Positions 38,507 through 48,141 are shown, counted from the stretch's first letter. The stretch: DNA of 64,000 nucleotides from Candidatus Omnitrophota bacterium (GCA_029261065.1 JAJDCB010000023.1:39682-103681); one strand, 5' to 3'. The notes: generated by a model not told the origin, from the sequence alone. Made by a program: numbers and translations.

Positions 38507-38702
38507 ATTTGGTTTTCGTTCATTGGACGAAAAGGCAAACTTGGGGTAACCCAAGGACGTCCCGCATTTGTAGTGCGGGACCCCGTTCACCTTATGAGAA
38601 TAAGAAATGGCGGGGCAAAACTAGAGGGTCCTATTAAGCGATAGGATAGCCAGACTGGCACTAAAAAAGGTGCTAGACTCCTTTAATAAGGAGTTGCCGA
38701 AT
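38507..38702 (+). ncRNA. c-di-GMP-I (GEMM-I) riboswitch aptamer interrupted by hairpin insertions
   Basis: Core blocks AAAGGCAAAC-TTGGG-GTAA-CCCAAG-GACG | CAAAACTAGAGGGTCCTAT…ATAGGATAGCCAG | TTGCCGAAT; GYRA tetraloop with CC:GG receptor; G at the G20-equivalent position (38534). Confidence 0.82.
38560..38615 (-). mobile_element. 56-bp double-hairpin mini-insertion inside the riboswitch
   Basis: Minus strand reads TTTTG^CCCCGCC…CGGGGTCCCGC…GCGGGA; removal restores the invariant GGACGCAAA. Confidence 0.72.
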
Positions 38703-38722
38703 CTGTGGTAGAAGGTATTTAG

Positions 38723-38756
38723 GCCTATTCTTTTATTTAAAGGAATAGGTTTTTTT
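38723..38756 (+). terminator. Riboswitch expression-platform terminator
   Basis: GCCTATTCTTTT-ATTT-AAAGGAATAGGT followed by a T-run, about 20 nt after the aptamer. Confidence 0.78.
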
Positions 38757-38823
38757 ATTAAGGGCTTTTGATAAGGAGCCTAACGTGTTAAACCAAATGA
38801 AATTTAATTGTCGGATGAGAATT

Positions 38824-38856
38824 AGAAAGGAAGAGAACTGTCTCTTCCTTTTTTTT
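38824..38856 (+). terminator. Second leader terminator
   Basis: AGAAAGGAAGAGA-ACTG-TCTCTTCCTTTTT plus further Ts. Confidence 0.7.
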
Positions 38857-38901
38857 ATTTTGATAGAGAGATTGAAAATGTTGATAAACGGAGGATTTAA
38901 G

Positions 38902-40947
38902 ATGAAAAAATATGTTTCTGTATGGGCCATTATCATGTTTCTCGCAGTACCGAGTGTTGCAACTGCAATGGAGGAAGTAAAATTTATTCAAGCCGTTGAC
39001 CCGGGGTTTGTTCAACCCGTAGATACTGACGTTTCGCAAGCAGGAGATTTTTACGTGTTGGATCGCAAGGCCTCAAAAGTTTACGTGTTTGATAAGGAAG
39101 GAAAATTTCAATGGGGTTTTGGAGATCGTGGATTTGCTTTAGGTAAGATGTCTTTGCCTAATTCCCTGGCGATTTCGCTAAAGGGAAATGTTGTTATAGC
39201 AGACACAGGTAATTATCGGGCACAAGTATTTAATCGTAATGGACAAATTTTGTTTGAGTTGGGAAATAAAGGGACTTTGCCAGGTGAGTTTAAAAATGCA
39301 ACAAGTGTGGCTGTAGATCCTTTAGAAAATATCTATGTCGCAGATACGGAGTTAAACCGCATTTCTCAGTTTAGCCCTAAAGGAGTTTTCTTAAAGGTCA
39401 TGAATTTGGAATATAAGCCGATGGATTTAGCGTTTGATAAACAAGGAGCTATGTATGTGCTTTTGTCAGAGGCTGGTAAGATCGTCAAATATTCTATTGC
39501 AGGTGATGAGTTAAAGGAAATTACTTACTATCAAGACAAAGACAACGTGCTTGCCTCAACAGTGGGAATGACGGTGGATTCAAAGGGTGACATTTATCTT
39601 GTTGAACATAATAAACAAAGCATTAAGAAAATCGATCATAAGTCTCAGTTATTATTTTCTTTTGGTTCTCAGGGAGTAGGCAAAGGGCAATTTAACCATC
39701 CATTAGGAATATCAGCAGATGATTTAGGTAAAATTTATATCGCGGATTCTGCCAATAAAAGAGTACAGGTTTTAGAAATAAATGGAAGCACAAAACCAGA
39801 ATTGGCACAGGCCGTTTATTTGCGACCAGTTATTGATTATCAAAAAAGCCTTTCTGCTAATGATTCGATATCTGATGTCGATTATGTTCCCAACAAAGGG
39901 TTATATGCCTTATCGAATGAAAAAGGATATATTATTGTTAAAGGAGAACTTAATCAATTAATTGGTGACTCAAGTGATGAAAAGTTACATTTAAGCAATC
40001 CAAAAGCAATCCATGTGATGGATGATGGGCGTATGTTAGTAGCTGATACGGGTCATCATCGATTGAAGTTTCTTAAAACGGATGGTACTCATGATTATAC
40101 GTTTGGAAATAAAGGTGATCAAGATGGCGAATTTAATGCTCTTGAAGGTGTAGCCTCAGATTCAAAAGGGTATATCTATGTCGCTGATACAAACAATAAT
40201 CGTATCCAGATGTTTAATAGTGATGGCATTTATTTATCTTCTTTTGGTAGAAAGACGGAAGTATTAGATGATGCTAATCCAATGGGAGGAACTTTTCTGC
40301 ATCCAAAAGATTTGGCTTTTAATTCGAAAGATCATCTATACGTCTTAGATTATAAAAATAAGAGGATTCAAATCTTTGATGATCAGAAGATCTTTATTAA
40401 AGAAATAGGTGGGGCTCGCGATTTGGTAAAATTTTTAGAACCCATCGATATTGCGATTGATAACAACGATTATCTTTATGTAGCCGATCGTGGAGAACAC
40501 AATATTAAAGTGTTTGATCATGAAGGCCAATTAGTTCTTACCTTTGGATCCAATGGAAAAGGTCCAAGTCATTTTCCTGCGCTTTCAGCTATTGCTAGCT
40601 GGGAAGGGCAAATTTACGTTGCCAATAAAAATTTAGATGATATTGCTGTGTTCGCTTTTCAACCAAATAACACTATGAAAAAAGAACGCGTGTATATCAC
40701 AAAAATATCATTGCCATTACTCATGGATAACGCTACAGAAGAAATTAAACAGACAATGGCAAAGAAGTTGACGTTTGAAAATATCAGAAAAGAGTTATCA
40801 CAGAAACTAAATGTATCAGAGGACATATTAAATCAAGTTATTAAAGTAGAGGCTGAGGAATATTTAGGCGATGGAAGGTTAAAGTTGACTGTAAGTGCTC
40901 CTAAGGTTTTGCGAATGACTAAGACAGAAGTAGAGCCTATACAATAA
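38902..40947 (+). CDS. Secreted NHL-repeat (tandem six-bladed beta-propeller) protein
   Basis: GGAGG RBS at 38890; signal peptide ending ATA; many IYVADT.N.RIQ.F and G..G…G.F..P repeats. Confidence 0.9.
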   Translation: MKKYVSVWAIIMFLAVPSVATAMEEVKFIQAVDPGFVQPVDTDVSQAGDFYVLDRKASKVYVFDKEGKFQWGFGDRGFALGKMSLPNSLAISLKGNVVIADTGNYRAQVFNRNGQILFELGNKGTLPGEFKNATSVAVDPLENIYVADTELNRISQFSPKGVFLKVMNLEYKPMDLAFDKQGAMYVLLSEAGKIVKYSIAGDELKEITYYQDKDNVLASTVGMTVDSKGDIYLVEHNKQSIKKIDHKSQLLFSFGSQGVGKGQFNHPLGISADDLGKIYIADSANKRVQVLEINGSTKPELAQAVYLRPVIDYQKSLSANDSISDVDYVPNKGLYALSNEKGYIIVKGELNQLIGDSSDEKLHLSNPKAIHVMDDGRMLVADTGHHRLKFLKTDGTHDYTFGNKGDQDGEFNALEGVASDSKGYIYVADTNNNRIQMFNSDGIYLSSFGRKTEVLDDANPMGGTFLHPKDLAFNSKDHLYVLDYKNKRIQIFDDQKIFIKEIGGARDLVKFLEPIDIAIDNNDYLYVADRGEHNIKVFDHEGQLVLTFGSNGKGPSHFPALSAIASWEGQIYVANKNLDDIAVFAFQPNNTMKKERVYITKISLPLLMDNATEEIKQTMAKKLTFENIRKELSQKLNVSEDILNQVIKVEAEEYLGDGRLKLTVSAPKVLRMTKTEVEPIQ

Positions 40948-40979
40948 TAACTCAAAAGTTTATTATTGGAGCAAGAACT

Positions 40980-43900
40980 ATGAAGACATCGCAGTTAACT
41001 TTAATATTATTATTAGGTTTTGTGATGTCTTCTTTTTTGGGGTGTGATCAATTTCGTCCTCAGGAAAAGGGTCTGGTTATTGTTGATCCAAATTCAGAAG
41101 CAGTTGTTGTTGATGAGCAGGGAGATGAAATTGAAAGTGATTATGTTGATATTGTCGAAACGGTTAAGTCTTCAGAAACTGTTATCTTAAGAGATAACAA
41201 AATATTTACCAAAAATTCAAAGAAAAAATTTATTGAGAAAGATGCATCTCCCGCCATACCTGCAACAAAACAAGGTAACGTTAATAATTTAGAAGACGCT
41301 ATTAAAGAAGATCGTGTACCCACAACAAATTTTCAGTCTAAAGATACGCCTAAAGTTAAAAAAGTCGTTCATGAAAAAAGCATCGATCTCTGCAGTGATC
41401 AAGGATATATCTCCTCAGCCGAATGCCGCCTTTGTAGCGATATTCCAGGAGCTATTTGCAGTGAGACGATTAAATTATCTCATGGGGAGCAATGTTTTGA
41501 ATGTGCCACTCAACAAAAAACTTGCCGAGATTTAGGTTTTTTAAGTAAACGAGAATGTAAGAAATGTAATAAAAATGATGCGACAGAATGTGTATTTAAG
41601 GTAGAGGCGGACAACGGAAAATCTTGTTTTGAATGTGTGGATCGTGCCATCAAGTGTAAAGATTTAGGATTGATGAATTTGGATGAATGCACTTCGTGTG
41701 ACAAAGATCCTAAAATGGAATGCATTGCTGATCAGTTAACTGAGGAAGGGGTTAAGTGTTTTAATTGTGTCATTAAGCCTCAAAAATGTTCACAGCTTGG
41801 TCTCATTGATTTGCCTGGATGCCGTACGTGTCAGGAAGATCCCACAAAAGAATGTAAATCATCTAAGAAAACAAATTATGGGCAACAGTGTTATCAGTGT
41901 TTTGATAAAGAACAGAGTTGCGCGGAAATTAATCAATTAGATGTCTCAGAATGCTCAGGGTGTTTATCTCAGGCAGGTAAGGAATGTATAAAAACAGATA
42001 AAACCAAAGAAGGGTTGCAGTGTTATGGCTGTCAGGATCGTCATGAGTCTTGTGCGCATATAGGTTTGTTAAGCCAAGAGCAATGTGAGTCGTGTGACGC
42101 TAGTGAAAAGACACGCTGTGTTGCTGGACGTCAGACATTACAAGGTGAGTCTTGTTTTTCTTGTGTTAAAAAATCAAAAGATTGTCATGGGCTAGGTTAC
42201 CTTAGTCAAGAAGATTGCAGTATATGTGCTCAAAATCCACAAAAAGAGTGTCAGGCGGAGAGTCAAACAAAAGATGGCGAACAATGTTTCGTTTGTCAGG
42301 ATAAACCACAGCAATGTCAGGATTTGGGATTATTGGTGTCTAATCAATGTGAAGAATGTCAAAAGGATCCTACTAAAGAATGTGTGACCGCATTAAACAC
42401 GCAAGAAGGGCAACCATGTTTTGTTTGTCAGGATAAACCGCAACAGTGTCACGACATCGGTCAATTAGCGTTAGATATGTGTTCTGTTTGTTCGAAAGAT
42501 CCCAATAAGTTATGTTTACCAGGTGATAAAACCGAAGAGGGTGTCCAGTGTTATAACTGTGTCGATAGGCCGCAAGAGTGCAGTGATTTTAATCAACTAA
42601 AATTAGATGAATGTTTATTGTGCGAACAGGACGACAGTAAAAGATGTGTGGCGTATGACAAAACAGAAGAAGAGGTTCAGTGCTTTTTATGTGAGGATAA
42701 ACCGCAAGAGTGTAAAGATTTAGGGTTGTTAGCTCAAGATCAATGTGATTTATGTCAGCAAAATTCAAAGAAGGAATGTAGGGTTGATCAGGTTACAAAT
42801 AGCGGTGTGCAATGTTATTCATGCGCGGATAAACCACAGGAATGTCGGGATCTAGGATTGTTTAGTGAAGATGAATGTGGTTTGTGCGAAGAGAATCCAA
42901 AAAAACAATGTCAGATTGATAAACAAACGAAGGAAGGTGTGTCGTGTTTCATCTGTAAAGATAAGCCAAAGGATTGTTTAGACATTGGGTTATTAAATGA
43001 AGAGGGTTGTCAGATGTGTGAGGGGAATGAACGCAAGGACTGCCAAAAGGATGTTCTTACCGATGCCGGTGTGCAGTGTTATACATGTCAAGATAAGCCA
43101 CAAACTTGTGAAGACTTAGGCTTACTTAATCATGAAGGATGTGGGCGTTGTCAAGAAGATGAAAATACAGAATGTATTTTAGAGGCAAAAACAAATCAAG
43201 GGCAAGGTTGTTATTTGTGTGTAGAAAAATTGCAAGATTGTCAGCAGATTGATCAAATCGATTTATCAGAATGTGCGTCGTGTGAAAAAGATGTAAAAAA
43301 AGAATGCCAGATTGGTCAAAAGACAAAGCAAGGCAAACAATGTTATGAATGTGGAGAGAAGGCGCAAGAATGTCTGGATATAAATTTACTAAGTCTTGAT
43401 GAGTGTTTGGCCTGTGAGAAAGAAGATAATAAAATTTGTCAGCATAAAGATAAAACGAAGGAAGGGGTTCAATGTTATAGCTGTGAAGAGAAACCGCAAA
43501 CGTGTGTAGATTTAGGGTTAATAACGGAAGATGCCTGTGAAGTATGTAATCAGAATACAAGAACAGAATGTCAAGTAGATCAGATGACAAAAGAAGGAGT
43601 GTCTTGTTATTCTTGTCAGCAAAAACCTCAAGAGTGTCGAGATTTAGGGTTGTTTAGTTTGGATGAATGCGCCTCTTGTGAAGAAAATATGCGCAAACAG
43701 TGTCAAGAAGATCAGAAAACAGAAGGTGGGACACAATGTTACATTTGTCAGGACAAACCGCAAGCGTGTCATGACATAGGACTATTGGGAATAGATGAAT
43801 GTCAGCGCTGTGAAAGTCAATCTAATAAAATTTGTCAAGTGGATATCCTTACTGAGACCGGTACGCAATGCTTTACGTGTCAAGATAAGCCGCAAGAATG

Positions 43901-46900
43901 TGAAGACTTGGGGCTTCTTAAACAAGCACAATGTGAAACATGTCAGCGTGATGCGAATAAGGAATGCATGTTAACCGAGAAGACGAATCAAGGCGAGCAA
44001 TGTTTTGTGTGTGTTGAGAAGCCCCAAGATTGTTCACAGCTAAACCAGGTGAGTTTGGAAGAGTGTCAAACATGTAATGCCGATCCTGACAAAGAGTGTC
44101 GCGTAGGTAATAAAACGAAAGAGGGAACGCAATGTTATGAATGTGTAGATAAGCCGCAAGATTGTGCGCAGTTGGAATTGCTGAATTTAGAAGAGTGTTT
44201 TGTTTGCGAGGAAAATTCATCGAAAGAATGCGTATCAACTGTGAAAACAAAAGAAGGGATTCAGTGTTATGGTTGTCAGCAGAAAAAGGAAGAGTGTCGT
44301 GATATAGATTTATTATCAAAAGAGCAATGCGAATTTTGTGATCAGAATGCCAAGACAGAATGTCAGATGGATGCCCAAACAAAGGAGGGCAAGCAATGCT
44401 ATTCTTGTGTTCAAAAACCTCAAACGTGCCATGAGTTAGGGCTTTTTAGTCAGGATGATTGTTTAAGTTGTGAAAATAATAAACGCAAACAGTGTCAAGT
44501 TGATCAAAAGACAACGGATGGAACGCAATGTTTTATTTGTCAAGATAAGCCGCAAGAGTGTAATGATATTGGCTTATTAGATGAACCAGGATGTCAAGCC
44601 TGTGATGATAATCCAAACAAAGAATGTCAGGTAGATATTCAGACAGAAAATGGGGTGCAATGTTATACGTGTAAGGAAAAAGTTCAAGGGTGTGAACAAT
44701 TAGGATTTTTGAGCCAATCTCAATGCATGAGTTGTGAGGAAGATGGGCAGAATGAATGTGTTGGTAGTGATAAGACAGCGACTGGAGATCAATGTTATGT
44801 TTGTGTTGAAAAACCGCAATCGTGTGTGGAGCTTGATCAAGTTGGTTTGGAAGAATGTCAATCATGCGAAGCTGAAGATGGCAAAGAGTGCCATGTTGGT
44901 AACAAAACCAAAGAAGGACGACAATGTTATGTATGTGCTGATAAACCTCAAGAGTGTCACGACTTGGATTTAATTAATTTGGATGAATGTTTATCGTGTG
45001 AAGAAGATAGCAACATGAAATGTAACAGTAAAGGAAAAACGCAAGGTGGTATCCAGTGTTACGCCTGTGAAGAAAAGAAACAAGAGTGTCGTGATTTAGG
45101 ATTTTTAGCTTCAGATCAATGTGAGTTTTGTAATAAAAATGATAAAACGGAATGTCAAGAAAGTGAAAAAACAAAAAGTGGTGAGTTATGTTTCAGTTGT
45201 GTCATGAAACCTCAAACATGTCACGGTCTTGGGTTGTTTAGTTTAGATGATTGTCAAACATGCGAAAGTAATCCGCGTAAACAATGCCAGGCTGATCAAA
45301 TGACGGATGATGGATCCCAATGTTATATATGTCAAGATAAGCCGCAAAACTGTCGAGATATTGGACTGTTAGGCGAGGATGGATGTCAATTATGTGAGAA
45401 AAATAATAAGACATGTCAGGAAGATATATTAACGGAATCGGGCGTTCAGTGTTTTAGTTGTAAAGATAAACGAATGACGTGTGATGATTTGGGGCTACTT
45501 GGCCAATCTGATTGTAAAACGTGTGAGCATGATGCGAATAAGGAATGCATGCTATCCGAAAAAACGAACGATGGCGAACAATGTTTTGTCTGTGCCGAGA
45601 AGCCCCAAGATTGTTCTCAGTTAGATCAGATTAATTTGAGAGACTGTCAATCCTGTGAAAGCGACTCCTCGAAAGAATGTCGTGTTGGTAATAAGACGAA
45701 AGAAGGACGGCAGTGTTATGGATGTGTTGATAAACCACAAGAATGCGCGCAATTAGAACAGATAACGTTAGATGAATGTTTATCCTGCGAAGAAGATCCC
45801 AATAAAAAATGTATGACAAAAGATAAAACGCGTGAGGGCGTGCAATGCTACGCGTGTGAAGATAAGAAAAAAGAATGTCGAGATTTAGGCTTATTCTCCG
45901 AGGAACAATGTTCTTTCTGCCAACAGAATTCAAACACGGAATGTCAAGCTGTTGAAACAACACCTGATTCATTAACATGTTTCTCTTGTGTAGAAAAACC
46001 ACAAACGTGTCATGGTCTGGGTCTTTATAACCAAGAAAATTGTCAGAAGTGTGAAAGTAATCCACGTAAACAATGTCAGGCGGATCAAAAGACAAAAAGT
46101 GGAGAGCCGTGTTTTATTTGTCAGGATAAACCGCTTGAGTGTGAGGATATAGGTCTTCTAGATGAAGAGGGGTGTCGCGTTTGCCAAGATGGTTTGGGTA
46201 AGGTTTGTCAAAAAGATATTCTAACTGAGAATGGCGTGCAATGTTTTACTTGCGAAGAAAAACCGCAAGAGTGTCCGGATTTAGGTCTGTTAAGTTCAGA
46301 GGGATGTGCAGAGTGTCAAAACGATTTAACCAAGGATTGTTTACTAGCTCAGAAAACAAATCAAGGAGAAGAATGTTTCTTATGTGTGGATAAACCTCAA
46401 ACATGCCAAGGCATTGGTCAATTAAATTTAGACGAATGTCAAACGTGTGAATCAGATGGAACTAAAGAATGTTTGGCAGGAAATAAGACAAAAGAATCTC
46501 GTCAGTGTTACACATGTGAAGATAAAGCACAAACGTGTGAAAGTATAGATTTGATCAATTTAGATGAATGTCAAAATTGTGATGAACAGCCAAACATGGC
46601 CTGCAAAACGTCTCAGAGAACAAAGGAAGGGCGTCAATGTTATTCATGTGAAGAACGGGCTCCAGAGTGTCTAGACTTTGGGCTCTTATCACAAGAACAA
46701 TGTCAGCAATGTAATCAGAATCCATCCACGGAATGTCGAAAAGAAAAGAGTATGACATCAGGAGAAGGATGTTATGCCTGTGTGGATAAACCACAAGAAT
46801 GTCAGGACATTGGACTACTTAATCAAGAAGATTGTTCGCAATGTGAAAAAGATAAGCGAAAAGAATGTCGAGCTGATCAAACAACAAAAGAAGGCGTTCA

Positions 46901-47738
46901 ATGTTTTGTTTGTCAAAAGAAGCCAAAACAATGTGGAGATATTGGATTACTTGCGAAAGATCAATGTGTTCAGTGTGAAAAGAATGGAAGAAAGCAATGT
47001 CAGCAAGATTCGAAAACAAAATCAGGTGAGCAATGTTATGTGTGTGAAGATCGGCCTGAGGCGTGTGACGATTTAGGTTTGATTAATGACAAGCAATGTA
47101 AAACATGTGAAAGCAATCCAAAGGCCAAATGTGTGGCCACAGCTAAGACGAATAATTCTGATCAGTGCTTTAGATGTGTGATGCAAGAACAACAGTGTTC
47201 TGATATTGGACTCTCTGATTTATCAGAATGTTCAGCTTGTGAGAGTGATTCTAATAAACAATGTTTGGCTGCAAAAAAGACTGATAGTGGTATTCAATGT
47301 TATTCTTGTCAAGAGAAACCGAAGGGTTGTGCGAGTCTTTCACAACTAAGTTTGGCGGAATGTAATTCTTGTGAGACCGATGATAATAAGACATGTCAAC
47401 AAGCCAAGAAAACAGCCGATGGGGAGCAGTGTTATTCTTGTGAAGATAAACCACAACAACAACCAAGCCAGGCTTGCACAGATATTGGTCAGTCCAGTTT
47501 TGAACATTGTAAAGATTCATGTCCCGGGGAATGTTTGGAGGCTAGCTCCACAAAAAGTGCTGAACAATGTTACCGCTGTAAGGTTCCATTAGGAGCTCGA
47601 GAATGTCTGGATTATGAATATTTTCAAGATTGTAATTCTTGTACAGCAGATGAAAAATGTGCCAAGACAGGGTTGAGGTTGTTTGAAGGTAGTGGGCGTG
47701 GCGTTCCTTTAACCTGTTATACTTGCCGCCCGAAGTAA
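40980..47738 (+). CDS. Giant cysteine-rich repeat lipoprotein (48 six-Cys repeats of 44 aa)
   Basis: GGAG RBS; lipobox FLG|C22; repeat C-x10-C-x2-C-x7-C-x11-C-x2-C-x6 from aa 138 to the end. Confidence 0.9.
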   Translation: MKTSQLTLILLLGFVMSSFLGCDQFRPQEKGLVIVDPNSEAVVVDEQGDEIESDYVDIVETVKSSETVILRDNKIFTKNSKKKFIEKDASPAIPATKQGNVNNLEDAIKEDRVPTTNFQSKDTPKVKKVVHEKSIDLCSDQGYISSAECRLCSDIPGAICSETIKLSHGEQCFECATQQKTCRDLGFLSKRECKKCNKNDATECVFKVEADNGKSCFECVDRAIKCKDLGLMNLDECTSCDKDPKMECIADQLTEEGVKCFNCVIKPQKCSQLGLIDLPGCRTCQEDPTKECKSSKKTNYGQQCYQCFDKEQSCAEINQLDVSECSGCLSQAGKECIKTDKTKEGLQCYGCQDRHESCAHIGLLSQEQCESCDASEKTRCVAGRQTLQGESCFSCVKKSKDCHGLGYLSQEDCSICAQNPQKECQAESQTKDGEQCFVCQDKPQQCQDLGLLVSNQCEECQKDPTKECVTALNTQEGQPCFVCQDKPQQCHDIGQLALDMCSVCSKDPNKLCLPGDKTEEGVQCYNCVDRPQECSDFNQLKLDECLLCEQDDSKRCVAYDKTEEEVQCFLCEDKPQECKDLGLLAQDQCDLCQQNSKKECRVDQVTNSGVQCYSCADKPQECRDLGLFSEDECGLCEENPKKQCQIDKQTKEGVSCFICKDKPKDCLDIGLLNEEGCQMCEGNERKDCQKDVLTDAGVQCYTCQDKPQTCEDLGLLNHEGCGRCQEDENTECILEAKTNQGQGCYLCVEKLQDCQQIDQIDLSECASCEKDVKKECQIGQKTKQGKQCYECGEKAQECLDINLLSLDECLACEKEDNKICQHKDKTKEGVQCYSCEEKPQTCVDLGLITEDACEVCNQNTRTECQVDQMTKEGVSCYSCQQKPQECRDLGLFSLDECASCEENMRKQCQEDQKTEGGTQCYICQDKPQACHDIGLLGIDECQRCESQSNKICQVDILTETGTQCFTCQDKPQECEDLGLLKQAQCETCQRDANKECMLTEKTNQGEQCFVCVEKPQDCSQLNQVSLEECQTCNADPDKECRVGNKTKEGTQCYECVDKPQDCAQLELLNLEECFVCEENSSKECVSTVKTKEGIQCYGCQQKKEECRDIDLLSKEQCEFCDQNAKTECQMDAQTKEGKQCYSCVQKPQTCHELGLFSQDDCLSCENNKRKQCQVDQKTTDGTQCFICQDKPQECNDIGLLDEPGCQACDDNPNKECQVDIQTENGVQCYTCKEKVQGCEQLGFLSQSQCMSCEEDGQNECVGSDKTATGDQCYVCVEKPQSCVELDQVGLEECQSCEAEDGKECHVGNKTKEGRQCYVCADKPQECHDLDLINLDECLSCEEDSNMKCNSKGKTQGGIQCYACEEKKQECRDLGFLASDQCEFCNKNDKTECQESEKTKSGELCFSCVMKPQTCHGLGLFSLDDCQTCESNPRKQCQADQMTDDGSQCYICQDKPQNCRDIGLLGEDGCQLCEKNNKTCQEDILTESGVQCFSCKDKRMTCDDLGLLGQSDCKTCEHDANKECMLSEKTNDGEQCFVCAEKPQDCSQLDQINLRDCQSCESDSSKECRVGNKTKEGRQCYGCVDKPQECAQLEQITLDECLSCEEDPNKKCMTKDKTREGVQCYACEDKKKECRDLGLFSEEQCSFCQQNSNTECQAVETTPDSLTCFSCVEKPQTCHGLGLYNQENCQKCESNPRKQCQADQKTKSGEPCFICQDKPLECEDIGLLDEEGCRVCQDGLGKVCQKDILTENGVQCFTCEEKPQECPDLGLLSSEGCAECQNDLTKDCLLAQKTNQGEECFLCVDKPQTCQGIGQLNLDECQTCESDGTKECLAGNKTKESRQCYTCEDKAQTCESIDLINLDECQNCDEQPNMACKTSQRTKEGRQCYSCEERAPECLDFGLLSQEQCQQCNQNPSTECRKEKSMTSGEGCYACVDKPQECQDIGLLNQEDCSQCEKDKRKECRADQTTKEGVQCFVCQKKPKQCGDIGLLAKDQCVQCEKNGRKQCQQDSKTKSGEQCYVCEDRPEACDDLGLINDKQCKTCESNPKAKCVATAKTNNSDQCFRCVMQEQQCSDIGLSDLSECSACESDSNKQCLAAKKTDSGIQCYSCQEKPKGCASLSQLSLAECNSCETDDNKTCQQAKKTADGEQCYSCEDKPQQQPSQACTDIGQSSFEHCKDSCPGECLEASSTKSAEQCYRCKVPLGARECLDYEYFQDCNSCTADEKCAKTGLRLFEGSGRGVPLTCYTCRPK
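41391..47735 (+). repeat. 132-bp coding tandem repeat array with a 792-bp higher-order period
   Basis: Units start at 41391 + 132n (checked at 42843 and 43635; 46800 after a one-codon deletion in unit 31). Confidence 0.9.
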
Positions 47739-47956
47739 AATAGACTGACCTAGACAAACCCAGACAGTATGATTTCAAATTAAAAAAATTTTAAAATAAT
47801 TAAAGCTTCTATCTTAAATCAGATTAGATGTTTATGTAAAAAATATGATTTTTCCGTCTGGGATCGCTGGTTTTTGCCATAAAAATGTTTTATATTTATT
47901 AAAGATTCACATGATGTGAATGTAGTTCTGAATGCGTAATAAATATGGAGGACAAC

Positions 47957-48046
47957 ATGGCTGAATGGAAAGAAGACAAACCAATAAAAACATCAAACGA
48001 AGAGCGAGATATTTTTAGTTGGGATGAACCAAATATTCTTTTGTAA
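47957..48046 (+). CDS. Small ORF, 29 aa (MAEWKEDKPIKTSNEERDIFSWDEPNILL)
   Basis: GGAGG at 47947-51, 5 nt before the ATG; followed by hairpins and a terminator; below the ORF-track size cutoff. Confidence 0.5.
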   Translation: MAEWKEDKPIKTSNEERDIFSWDEPNILL

Positions 48047-48141
48047 TCAACGGTATGTACCCCAGAGCAACTACGGGGTATTAAACCAAGATGGAATTTC
48101 GTTAAAGCTTCGAAATTCCTTGAATACCAACTTCATTATAT

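Noticed and set aside
38534-38534. cGAMP-sensing GEMM-Ib variant
   Set aside because: The specificity position (G20 equivalent) is G, not A.
38785-38901. GTG-initiated N-terminal extension of the NHL gene
   Set aside because: It runs through a terminator hairpin; ATG 38902 has a GGAGG RBS and opens a clean signal peptide.
43126-47520. Repeated His/Ile-rich antisense ORFs (43126, 43918, 44533, 45631 and others)
   Set aside because: Shadows of the periodic Cys-repeat gene; two are offset by exactly the 792-bp super-repeat.
40980-47738. Giant multiheme cytochrome or selenoprotein
   Set aside because: None of the CxxC motifs is followed by His, and there is no in-frame TGA.
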